The notes under the pieces: model-generated
Databases searched by the model: none
What the model was told of the DNA's origin: nothing
What the model saw: the letters and a program-made list of their open reading frames with translations, nothing else
NCBI GenBank assembly: GCA_028279245.1
Contig: JANQOE010000039.1
Span: 66,916 to 130,915 of the forward strand
DNA from: Alphaproteobacteria bacterium
GTDB lineage: Bacteria > Pseudomonadota > Alphaproteobacteria > UBA6615
Length of the DNA stretch: 64,000 bases
Direction: 5' to 3'
Part shown: positions 26,903 to 35,686 of the stretch, piece by piece
Position numbering within the stretch: the stretch's first letter is position 1
Layout of the letters: every line of letters begins with the position of its first letter
Made by a program: the position numbers and the translations under genes

Positions 26903-28867
26903 CTAATCCACTTCCTGGTGCCGCACGGGCAGGACAACACTGAAAACTGCCCCCTCGTCAAGAACGCCGGCCGCATCGATGGTGCCGCCGTGCCACTCAG
27001 CAATCTTCCGGCACGTCGCAAGGCCGATCCCCGTACCTTCATACTCATGGCGACCGTGGAGACGCTGAAATATGGTGAATATCTGGTCCTTGTATTTGTT
27101 ATCAAAACCGATGCCGTTGTCTTCGACCCGGATCTGACAATAGCCTGGTCTTTCCGCCGGCAATGCCGTCTCAACGCGAACAATCGGCTTCACATCCGGC
27201 TTGCCAAACTTCAACGCGTTCCCGATCAGGTTCTGCAGAAGCTGGCGCATTTGCGTTGGGTCAGCATCAATCTTGTGGAGTGGACCAAGGACGACCTCCG
27301 CATTGGCCTCCTCAATCCGAATCTGCAGGTCCGAGACAACTTCCGCTGCAATCTCACCAAGATCGGTCTCTTCAAACGGCTGCGCCTTTGTCGTCACGCG
27401 CGAGAAATTCAGCAGGTCGTCAATGAGCTGCCGCATCCGTCCAGCGGCATTCTGCATCCGATCCACATATAGTTTGCCTTCGTCGGGCAAATCACCGGCG
27501 AACTTCGTTGCCAACCGGCCACCAAACGCTTCGATCTTGCGGAGCGGTTCCTTGAGATCATGGGACGCGACATGCGCGAAGTCCTGGAGTTCCCTGTTCG
27601 AGATCTCAAGCTTGTGCATGTACTCTTGCACCTGCGCTTCCCGGCGCTCAAGATCCGTTATGTCCTGATAGGTCGCAATTGAGCCGCCGTTCGGCATGGG
27701 CTCATGCATGACGGCGATGACTCGCCCATCCCTCAAATACTGCTTAAGGGTTGTCCGTTCACGTTTCTTCGCTTGGTCCGGCCGCGCCGCGATAGCTTTT
27801 TTGGCATCCTCCTCCGTATAGTTCCCGATAGAGACACTGTATTCCATTATCTCTCGGAGCCTTATGCCTGGCTTAACGATCTGCGGATCAAATCCATACA
27901 TTTCGAGATAACGACTGTTACAGACCAGTAGAACCTGTTCGTCGTCGAACATGCACAGGCCCTGGATCATATTGTTTAGGGCGGTATCAAACTGGATGTT
28001 GGTTTTACGCAATTCATGCGTCATCCGCAGAATATCGAGCTCGCGCTTCTTCAACTCGGTGATGTCCGAGCGAATGCCGACAATCCCACCATCTTCTGTA
28101 CGCTTCTCGTGAACGCGTATCCAGCGACCGTCAGCCAACTGCATGTCGTAGGGCGCATCTGGGTTCTTATGCTGCTTTAGGCGCAGCTCAAAGAACTCAT
28201 CGGGATCCATGCTCCCGATGTTGAATCCACCTCGATCAACGCCAGCGCGAAGTAGATCCTCAAAGACCGCGCCTGGAAGAATCAGGTCGGAGACGTGCGA
28301 GTTATACTCAACATACTTCCGGTTGTAGAGGACCAACCGGCCCTCCGCATCATGTAGGCAAAACCCGTCCGCCATCCCCTCCAACGCGTGGGTCAAGCGT
28401 TGCCGCGCCAACTCGGCGAGGGCGCCAGCACCCAGCCGGGACGCATCCGCTGGATCGGCCGGCCGTACGGTTTCGACCAGAACACCATCTTGCAGGCAAC
28501 GGCGCGTAACGATGAGCGCCTGGCCGGCGGAAGTCGTAAACTGAAACGTCTGGACCGATCCCGGAACCAGCCGCTCCTTCGCCTCGGTCACCTGACGCTC
28601 GGCATAATCCGGATCACCGTGGCGCCGCATCATCTTGATCCGAATCAGTGTATCCAGGGCTACGCCCGGATACGCCTCCTTATCCGCATAGCGGAAGAAC
28701 GTCTTGTACTTCTCGTTGCAGGCCACCAGAGCAAGGGCCGGATCGAACACCGCGAGCCCAACATCTGCGCCCTCAAGCACGTCGGCCAGCGAGTCGAAGC
28801 TATCGGAGAACGCCGGGGAGTCGCCCAACGCAGTTGATGCGTGTTTATCCGCGTTGTCCGTTCTCAT
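26903..28867 (-). CDS. Cytoplasmic multi-PAS sensor histidine kinase
   Basis: Several PAS cores (one nearly identical to that of 21954..23579 kinase: NSRYLEMYGFDPQIVKPG), H-box ASHDLKEPLRKI, HATPase G-boxes; no TM, no REC. Confidence 0.85.
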   Translation of the reverse strand: MRTDNADKHASTALGDSPAFSDSFDSLADVLEGADVGLAVFDPALALVACNEKYKTFFRYADKEAYPGVALDTLIRIKMMRRHGDPDYAERQVTEAKERLVPGSVQTFQFTTSAGQALIVTRRCLQDGVLVETVRPADPADASRLGAGALAELARQRLTHALEGMADGFCLHDAEGRLVLYNRKYVEYNSHVSDLILPGAVFEDLLRAGVDRGGFNIGSMDPDEFFELRLKQHKNPDAPYDMQLADGRWIRVHEKRTEDGGIVGIRSDITELKKRELDILRMTHELRKTNIQFDTALNNMIQGLCMFDDEQVLLVCNSRYLEMYGFDPQIVKPGIRLREIMEYSVSIGNYTEEDAKKAIAARPDQAKKRERTTLKQYLRDGRVIAVMHEPMPNGGSIATYQDITDLERREAQVQEYMHKLEISNRELQDFAHVASHDLKEPLRKIEAFGGRLATKFAGDLPDEGKLYVDRMQNAAGRMRQLIDDLLNFSRVTTKAQPFEETDLGEIAAEVVSDLQIRIEEANAEVVLGPLHKIDADPTQMRQLLQNLIGNALKFGKPDVKPIVRVETALPAERPGYCQIRVEDNGIGFDNKYKDQIFTIFQRLHGRHEYEGTGIGLATCRKIAEWHGGTIDAAGVLDEGAVFSVVLPVRHQEVD

Positions 28868-28938
28868 CGCACCTGGTCCGCGCGGGCAAAGGTAGTCGAG
28901 ATTTGCAGGAGTTCGTCAAACAATTGTTAAGCCTACGG

Positions 28939-30243
28939 CTAGCGGACCGGCTGCAGAGAGGCCGGCAAGTGTAGGGCGATCTCCGGAAACAGCCACACAA
29001 TGAACAGCATCAAGATCATTATCAGGAAGAGCGGCGCCGCAGCCTTTGCCACGTAGAAAATGTTGTGGCCGGTCATGGACTGGATCACGTAGAGATTGAA
29101 CCCAACCGGTGGAGTGATCTGGGCAGTTTCCACCAATATGACAAGGAATACGCCAAACCAGATCGGATCGATGCCGGCCCCCCTGATCATCGGTTCAACA
29201 ATCGCCATCGTCAGGACAACCGCGGAGATCCCGTCAAGAAACATGCCGAGTATGATGTAGAACACACCTAGCAACAGCAGCAGTTCACCCTGGGTGAGAT
29301 CCAATCCGGCAATCGCTTCGGCGACACCACGGGGCACCCCCGTGAACCCCATCGAAAGAGTCAACGTGGCGGACCCGGCAAGAATGAGAGCGATCATCGA
29401 CGATGTTTTTAGCGCGCCCGTCACCCCCTCGATGAACGAAGTCAATGTCAGGCTGCCATCAAGATATGAGATGACGAGCGCGCCCAACACGCCCACCACA
29501 GCCGCCTCGGTCGCCGTAAGGAGGCCCGCGTAAATCGAACCAAGGACAGACACCACAAGAACGACAAGCGGCAGCAAAGATACAACGGAGACGGCACCAT
29601 CCGCCTGCGCCTCCTCCGGGCCCGGAAAAGAGGCTCGCCCCAAAACCGCGCTACTTGCCACGTAGATCATGAACAGTGCCGCGAGAACCAGCGCCGGACC
29701 AATGCCGGCCATGAAAAGTTTGGTAATGGACTCGTTAGTCGTCACTCCATAGACGATCAGAATGATCGACGGCGGCATCAACAAGCCGAGCGTACCAGCG
29801 CCAGCCAGGCTCCCCACGGCGAGCTGTTCCGGATACCCCCGTCGCCGCAGTTCGGGAAGGGCTATCTTACCTACTGCCGAAACTGTCGCGGCGGACGAGC
29901 CGGAGATTGCTGCGAACAGGGTACACCCGGCAATGTTCACGTGCAGCAGGCGCCCGGGAAGCCGCCGTACAATTGGGCTTAACCCGCGAAACAGGGATTG
30001 CGAGACGCTAGAGCGGGTGAGGATTTCTCCCATCCAGATGAAGAGCGGCAGGGCCACCAACGGCCAACTCGATAGAGCGCTCCAGACAGCGGTCGCCATC
30101 GCGTCAACGGCAGGTCTCGCGGTAAACAACTCGATGCCGATGAGACCCACAGCCAACAACGCCAGCCCGACCCATACGCCTGCGCCCAACAAACCGAGCA
30201 AGGCCAACAAGTAGACGGCCACAACGAGTGTGTTGCCACTCAC
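28939..30243 (-). CDS. dctM: TRAP transporter large permease subunit
   Basis: ORF 28939..30372; start refined to GTG 30243 overlapping dctQ stop; 12-TM DctM family sequence. Confidence 0.85.
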   Translation of the reverse strand: MSGNTLVVAVYLLALLGLLGAGVWVGLALLAVGLIGIELFTARPAVDAMATAVWSALSSWPLVALPLFIWMGEILTRSSVSQSLFRGLSPIVRRLPGRLLHVNIAGCTLFAAISGSSAATVSAVGKIALPELRRRGYPEQLAVGSLAGAGTLGLLMPPSIILIVYGVTTNESITKLFMAGIGPALVLAALFMIYVASSAVLGRASFPGPEEAQADGAVSVVSLLPLVVLVVSVLGSIYAGLLTATEAAVVGVLGALVISYLDGSLTLTSFIEGVTGALKTSSMIALILAGSATLTLSMGFTGVPRGVAEAIAGLDLTQGELLLLLGVFYIILGMFLDGISAVVLTMAIVEPMIRGAGIDPIWFGVFLVILVETAQITPPVGFNLYVIQSMTGHNIFYVAKAAAPLFLIMILMLFIVWLFPEIALHLPASLQPVR

Positions 30244-30773
30244 CGCCCCGCCTCGACGACGCGCGCGCCAGGTAACCCGCCGAAGAAGCGCGTGACCTGC
30301 TCCCATAGCGTTTGCCCGATGGCAACCACCAGCAAGCCCGACCCAATCGACAGACCGAGCTGCGGTATCCACAGCGGTGTCGCATCCGCGCCTTGGCTCA
30401 AGTCGCCGATCATGAACGAGATCCAGGCCAACCGGCCCATAGCAATGGCCAGAGCCCCAGCGATGACCAGACCAACTGCGAGCACCACCAACTCAACGAC
30501 ATTCCGCTGAGGGTCGCTCAATCGATCTGCAAACAGCCGGATCCGAATGTGCGCGCCCTGACGAAAAGCGTAGGCCAGGGGCAGAAAGAAGCTGTTGGCC
30601 ATGGCATAGCCGGTCAGCTCGGGAATCCCGGCTGTGGTGAGGCCCGACCAGCGCCCAATCACCTGAACGATGACGAGCCCCGCAACGCCTACCAGGCACA
30701 CCCCAGCAAGCAACGCACCGATTTCATAAAAAGCTCTGAGCCAGGTGGTCAGCCGGTCACCCATCCGAACCAC
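30240..30773 (-). CDS. dctQ: TRAP transporter small permease subunit
   Basis: 177 aa, 4 TM, positioned between dctP and dctM. Confidence 0.8.
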   Translation of the reverse strand: MVRMGDRLTTWLRAFYEIGALLAGVCLVGVAGLVIVQVIGRWSGLTTAGIPELTGYAMANSFFLPLAYAFRQGAHIRIRLFADRLSDPQRNVVELVVLAVGLVIAGALAIAMGRLAWISFMIGDLSQGADATPLWIPQLGLSIGSGLLVVAIGQTLWEQVTRFFGGLPGARVVEAGR

Positions 30774-30799
30774 ACTCGGAGATCCGGAACCGCCGCCAG

Positions 30800-31831
30800 C
30801 TACCGGTTGGTAGGCACCAGCGTCGCCGGACGCACTGGCTTGGCTGCACCGTTTCCGTTTCTGAACGTCTGCAGAATCTGCGCCCCGGACGCGCCGGCGT
30901 CAGCGAGCCATTCCTCGGCCATTTGCTGGCCGATCGAGGTCACACCGTCCTGCAGCGCCGCACCTGCTGGCTGAACCTGCATGCCATTCTCGGCCAGCAT
31001 TGTCAGGTGCTGCCCGGCGAGTTCCTCCGACCGGGACCAGCCAAACGACTCAGCCATCGCCGCCGCGCCGCGCACAACCGCCTGTGTTTCAGGATCAAGC
31101 CGATCCCACATCCGCTTGTTCACGAATACCATATTCTTCGGCAGCCAGGCCTGTAGATCGTAGAAGTGGGAAAGATGCTCCCAGACCTTGCGGTCCACCC
31201 CAGTGGCGCCGGATGTGATGAGCGAGTTCGCAACCCCGGTGGCCAGTGCCTGCGACAACTCGGCCGTCTCAATCTGAGTCGGCGTCGCCCCCATCAACTC
31301 GGCAAGACGTGATGTCGCCGGATTGTAGGCCCGGAACCTCATACCTTGCATATCCGCCACATCATCGATGGCTCGATCCGAATACAAACCCTGGGGCGGC
31401 CAAGGCGTTGCATACAAGAACACCAGCCCTTGCTTCGCCAGCTTCTCGACAATCGCCGGCTTGGATGCTTGGTAGAGCCGCCACGCGTCGTCGTAACTCG
31501 TCGCTAGGAACGGCACCGCATCGACGCCGAAGATGGCATCTTCATTCGACAGCGCGGACATAAGACGTTCGCCGATCGGCGCTTGGCCGGTCTGCACCGC
31601 CCGCTTGATCTCACCGCCAGCAAACAGCGAACCGCCGGCATGAACCACGATCTCCAACTCTCCATCAGTCGCCCGACCAACCGCCTCGGCAAACATCACC
31701 GCTGTTTGTGAATGGAAGTTCCCCGGCGCATACGCCGTCGGCATGTCCCACTTTTCGGCCGCGGCCGGCAAAGATCCAGCGGCAAACACAACGCTGCCAA
31801 GTAGAGCAGCGAAGACCCGTGCGATACCCAT
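30800..31831 (-). CDS. dctP: TRAP transporter substrate-binding protein (DctP family)
   Basis: ORF 30800..31870; start refined to ATG 31831 (MGIARVFAALLGSVVFAAGSLPAAA signal peptide, aaggaag SD). Confidence 0.85.
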   Translation of the reverse strand: MGIARVFAALLGSVVFAAGSLPAAAEKWDMPTAYAPGNFHSQTAVMFAEAVGRATDGELEIVVHAGGSLFAGGEIKRAVQTGQAPIGERLMSALSNEDAIFGVDAVPFLATSYDDAWRLYQASKPAIVEKLAKQGLVFLYATPWPPQGLYSDRAIDDVADMQGMRFRAYNPATSRLAELMGATPTQIETAELSQALATGVANSLITSGATGVDRKVWEHLSHFYDLQAWLPKNMVFVNKRMWDRLDPETQAVVRGAAAMAESFGWSRSEELAGQHLTMLAENGMQVQPAGAALQDGVTSIGQQMAEEWLADAGASGAQILQTFRNGNGAAKPVRPATLVPTNR

Positions 31832-31992
31832 TCTCTTCCTTCTTTCCAAGCTGAATACGGGCCTGAGCAAGTCGGGCGCCTGCTAGTCCGGTACGGTTAA
31901 TAGCTCACCGTTGGTTGACTACATCTTAATACTCAGCCGGTAGTCAAACCGGGCACAAAGAACTATCCGATGCCAAGCCAGGGGCTCGAAAC

Positions 31993-32958
31993 ATGTCAAA
32001 CGGGGATTCCGCCGGTTTCAGCCGTGGGGCCGTGGCTGCTCTGCTCGCGATTGGGGTTTGCTCGGCCCTTGCCGTGCCGCAACTAGCAGCACTTTTTTCA
32101 CCGCTCGTGTTTCCGGCGCTGTTCCTGCTCGTAACGCTCTCGCTGTCCCTTACGACAGATCGTCCAACGGCCATTCTCGCCAACCCGGAACCGGCTGTCT
32201 GGGGAATCATGCTCTGGCAGCTCGCCTTCCTGCCTCTCCTCGTCATCTTGATTGGTTGGGCCATCGGTTTGCCGCGCGACCTCCACCTGATGCTGCTCGT
32301 GACGGCCGCGTCGAGTTCGGTTTTTGCCGCCCCTACGATCGCCAACCACTTCCGCCTGAACGGCCGGCTCCCGATAAATGGCATGGTCGTTTCAACGTTC
32401 TTGATGCCGGTCGCCCTCCTGGTCTTCGATCAGGCACTCGAAGGCGAGGCATTGGACTTTCCAATCAAGGAATATGTATTCCGTGTCGCGCTGTTCCTGT
32501 TTCTGCCGCTCGGGATTTCGATACTCATCAACCGGCTGGTGAAGCGCCTCCCGAAGCAAGCATCTGAAACGTCGTACAACTTGCTGCATGCCGGCGCCGT
32601 CATATCACTTCTTGTCTTCGGCATCGGCATCATGGATGGCGTCCACCATCACATCCAAACAGACCCTTCCAGGGTGTTATCCCTTTTCCTGGTCGCCGTC
32701 GGCTTCGGCGTCATAGCCATTGCCGGTACAGCGTGCCTGTTTTGGTCGTTGGGGCGCGACCTGCTGCTATCCGCAATCATTCTCTCGGTCCACCGAAACG
32801 TCGGGCTCACCTACGCGGTGATTGGGACTGCGATAGCCGCCGATTTCGCAGTCTATGTGGCGATATTCCAGATCCCGATGTTCCTCTCACCATTGTTCAT
32901 TGGCTTGGGCCAAGCAGCCTACCATCGTCCCAGAAAGCCCATGGCTGAAGCCGCCTAA
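31993..32958 (+). CDS. Integral membrane transporter, bile acid:sodium symporter (BASS)/AEC-like
   Basis: ~10 hydrophobic helices, two-repeat architecture; family assignment by overall pattern only. Confidence 0.5.
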   Translation: MSNGDSAGFSRGAVAALLAIGVCSALAVPQLAALFSPLVFPALFLLVTLSLSLTTDRPTAILANPEPAVWGIMLWQLAFLPLLVILIGWAIGLPRDLHLMLLVTAASSSVFAAPTIANHFRLNGRLPINGMVVSTFLMPVALLVFDQALEGEALDFPIKEYVFRVALFLFLPLGISILINRLVKRLPKQASETSYNLLHAGAVISLLVFGIGIMDGVHHHIQTDPSRVLSLFLVAVGFGVIAIAGTACLFWSLGRDLLLSAIILSVHRNVGLTYAVIGTAIAADFAVYVAIFQIPMFLSPLFIGLGQAAYHRPRKPMAEAA

Positions 32959-32964
32959 CCGGTT

Positions 32965-34467
32965 GTGGTCGTGGCGAACCAACCAATCAGGATCCTGCTC
33001 GTCGAAGACGACGAGGACGACTACATCCTAACGCGCGGTCTCATCCAAGAGATTGATGGAACCGACAGGTTCGAGTTGCGTTGGGTGGCCGACTACAAGT
33101 CCGGCCTCGAAGCTCTCGCACGCTGCGAGGCAGACATCTGCCTCGTCGACTATTATGTCGGCGGGAAAAACGGATTGGATCTGGTGCGGGAGGCCCGGCG
33201 AAATGGCTGCGACGTGCCGACGATACTTCTGACGGGAAGGGGCGATAGAGAAATAGACATCGCTGCGATGGAAGCCGGCGCGGCCGACTACCTGGAGAAA
33301 ACCGAACTTAGCCCACGTCTCCTGGAGAGAACAATTAGATACGCCATTGCAGAAGCAAAGGACCGTCAGACAATTCTAGAGCGCGGAGCTTTACTTCAGG
33401 CAACGCTAGATTATACGGGAGCCGGTATCGCGACATTTGATCGAGATATGAACCTGCTAGCTCATAACGATAGTATTCTAAGCATGCTCGGCATGACGGC
33501 TGACAGCCCAGAACAGTCAGCTGATCAGAAAGAATCGCGCATCGGCCAGAATATCTCAACAAGCCTCGACCTGGTTCGGCACACACGCGAAGGACGCGAG
33601 ATCATCGCGCGGAGTGGCAGAGTCATAGAAGTTCGCAGCAACAAGATGCCAAACGGTGGCCTGGCAACGATCTGTATCGACATAACGGACCGAAAGAAAG
33701 CGGAAGAAATCCTGCTCAAGTCAAAGAACGAAGCGGAAGCGGCGAGCCGGGCCAAATCAGAATTCCTTGCGAATATGAGCCACGAGCTTCGCACGCCGCT
33801 CAACGCGATTATTGGTTTCACCGAAGTCATGATGGCCCATAACACATCGGTCTCGGAGGAGTCGGCGCACAGTTATCTGGGACACATCCTTGATAGCGGT
33901 AAGCACCTTCTCGCTGTTATCAATGACATACTGGATGTCTCTAAGATCGAAGCCGGCAAGTTTGAGATCGACGAAATTGAACTGGATCCCGCAGAAGTCG
34001 TACTCAGCAGCATCCGGCTAATCTCGGAGCGAGCCAAGCAGTCGAACGTCACAGTCACGACTAGTACGCAACCAAGAACCCGCGAACTCTATGCCGACGA
34101 ACGAGCCCTAAAACAGATACTTTTGAACCTGCTCTCCAACGCCATCAAGTTCACGCCTGCTGGTGGTTCCGTTTCTGTAGACCTCGTCACCAGCGACTGC
34201 GGCAGCTTGGATCTTGTCGTGGCTGACACAGGCATCGGCATTGCGGAAGCGGACATAGAGAGGGTTTTGACACCATTCTACCAGATCCAATCGACGCTCT
34301 CCCGGTCGCACCAGGGCACCGGCCTAGGACTGGCCCTAGTTAAGTCGCTGGCAGAGCTGCACGGGGGTAGCGTATCGATCGCCAGCAAGGAGGGCGCTGG
34401 CACGCAGGTGCGGGTTCGTTTTCCCAAGCATCGGGCGAACCTCGCAACGCACCGCGCCTCAGCCTAG
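32965..34467 (+). CDS. Hybrid sensor histidine kinase (N-terminal REC, PAS, HisKA, HATPase_c)
   Basis: IRILLVEDDEDDYILTRGLI...D (REC), PAS with KMPNGGLATICIDITDRK, H-box MSHELRTPLNAIIGF, G-box GTGLGL. Confidence 0.85.
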   Translation: MVVANQPIRILLVEDDEDDYILTRGLIQEIDGTDRFELRWVADYKSGLEALARCEADICLVDYYVGGKNGLDLVREARRNGCDVPTILLTGRGDREIDIAAMEAGAADYLEKTELSPRLLERTIRYAIAEAKDRQTILERGALLQATLDYTGAGIATFDRDMNLLAHNDSILSMLGMTADSPEQSADQKESRIGQNISTSLDLVRHTREGREIIARSGRVIEVRSNKMPNGGLATICIDITDRKKAEEILLKSKNEAEAASRAKSEFLANMSHELRTPLNAIIGFTEVMMAHNTSVSEESAHSYLGHILDSGKHLLAVINDILDVSKIEAGKFEIDEIELDPAEVVLSSIRLISERAKQSNVTVTTSTQPRTRELYADERALKQILLNLLSNAIKFTPAGGSVSVDLVTSDCGSLDLVVADTGIGIAEADIERVLTPFYQIQSTLSRSHQGTGLGLALVKSLAELHGGSVSIASKEGAGTQVRVRFPKHRANLATHRASA

Positions 34468-34590
34468 CAGGTTCCCGACGAAGATCTAGCGGGCTTGAAG
34501 CGTCGCGAAGTCTAGACATATCGAATTCGTTAAGCCTGTTCGGCAGATACTCAAGGGGGACCATTCAAAAGCCCCTTGGGGGTCGAGGAC

Positions 34591-34896
34591 ATGCGTTACA
34601 TCATAACCTTGATGGCCACCGCACTGGCGGTTGCGGCGTGCAAGCAACACGACGAAGTTCTTCAAACCTGGGTTGGGGCACCTCAAGCCAAGCTACTCTC
34701 AATCTGGGGCGAGCCGACAGAGACCCATGTCGCGCAGGACGGCACCAAGATCCTGGTATACTCCAGGCCCGTGAGGAGCGGCGTGATCGTGCCAAGCAGC
34801 GGCCAAAGCACCGCCGGCCCGGCCGCGTGCGAAACAGTCTTCATGCTGGAGCAAGGACGGGTCACCGGGCACACGTCGGGGGCCGGCTGCCAGTAG
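34591..34896 (+). CDS. Hypothetical lipoprotein
   Basis: ORF 34576..34896; ATG 34591 with gagga SD; MRYIITLMATALAVAAC lipobox. Confidence 0.5.
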   Translation: MRYIITLMATALAVAACKQHDEVLQTWVGAPQAKLLSIWGEPTETHVAQDGTKILVYSRPVRSGVIVPSSGQSTAGPAACETVFMLEQGRVTGHTSGAGCQ

Positions 34897-35003
34897 GCTC
34901 ACCAATGGCCAACCGGCTTGCTGCAGTTCAGCTCACGCATCGGGAACGACTCACGTCACCGACCAGCCCCTAGCGGGCCAAGAAAACACGGCTGAAGAGC
35001 AAG

Positions 35004-35057
35004 CTGGGGTGGCTGATGGGACTTGAACCCACGACCCCCAGATCCACAATCTGGTGC
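35004..35057 (-). repeat. 54-nt 3' fragment of a tRNA-His gene (candidate att-site direct repeat)
   Basis: 51/54 identity to the 3' end (anticodon stem to CCA) of the intact tRNA-His at 47171..47248, same orientation; two of the three differences form a compensatory T-stem base pair (G-C to T-A). Confidence 0.6.
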
Positions 35058-35564
35058 TAAACCGCAGATTTCTGCGGTTTTCAGCGCGATGTGTTGAAAA
35101 TATGTTGCATCCACGGGCGCTTCAGCTTTTACACCGACCATCCGATCGCTGGGCACACACTGTGCGCGCGGCTCCAACCCGGCATAGCTTGAAGTCTGCT
35201 TTGACCACTACACGTCGAGTAGCGGACATCATCGGGGCGCCAGTCCGCACCTCCGCCGTGCACTCGGGCGCTAGCCGCAACGACCGAACAGGAGGTCAAT
35301 CTTTCGGGAACAGGGCGTCTTATATTATGGCGCTTGTCCTGCTCGGCTTCCTGCTTGCGTCTCTGCAGGTTCATTATTTCACTCGGCCGTACCGGCCCGA
35401 CGCGACCCTCACGCGGCACTACAATCTGCGAATAAGGGACGAACTGGTCGACAGAGAAATGCACCTTCGTTACCCGCTCGCGGGCATAGCTCAGCGCCCT
35501 GTCGACAGGAACACCGGACGCCTCCAAGCTGCGCAGCTTGCCCTCGAGATCCGTCAGTTGGAAA

Positions 35565-35629
35565 GGGACAAGGCCAGTTCCGAATACGACATCGAGAAGC
35601 GCGGCGACATCTACAGGGAGATACAGCGC
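35565..35629. repeat. 65-bp inverted duplicate of the 3' coding end of the SBP gene at 42123..43736
   Basis: Exact match to the reverse complement of 42252..42316 (encodes DKASSEYDIEKRGDIYREIQR in both places). Confidence 0.55.
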
Positions 35630-35686
35630 GTTCAAGACAAAAGTTGGCATAGATGCCGACCCTGTCGCCGGCGCGCCCCTGACGGG

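Noticed and set aside
26747-27472. 241-aa + strand ORF
   Set aside because: Antisense to the well-supported multi-PAS kinase.
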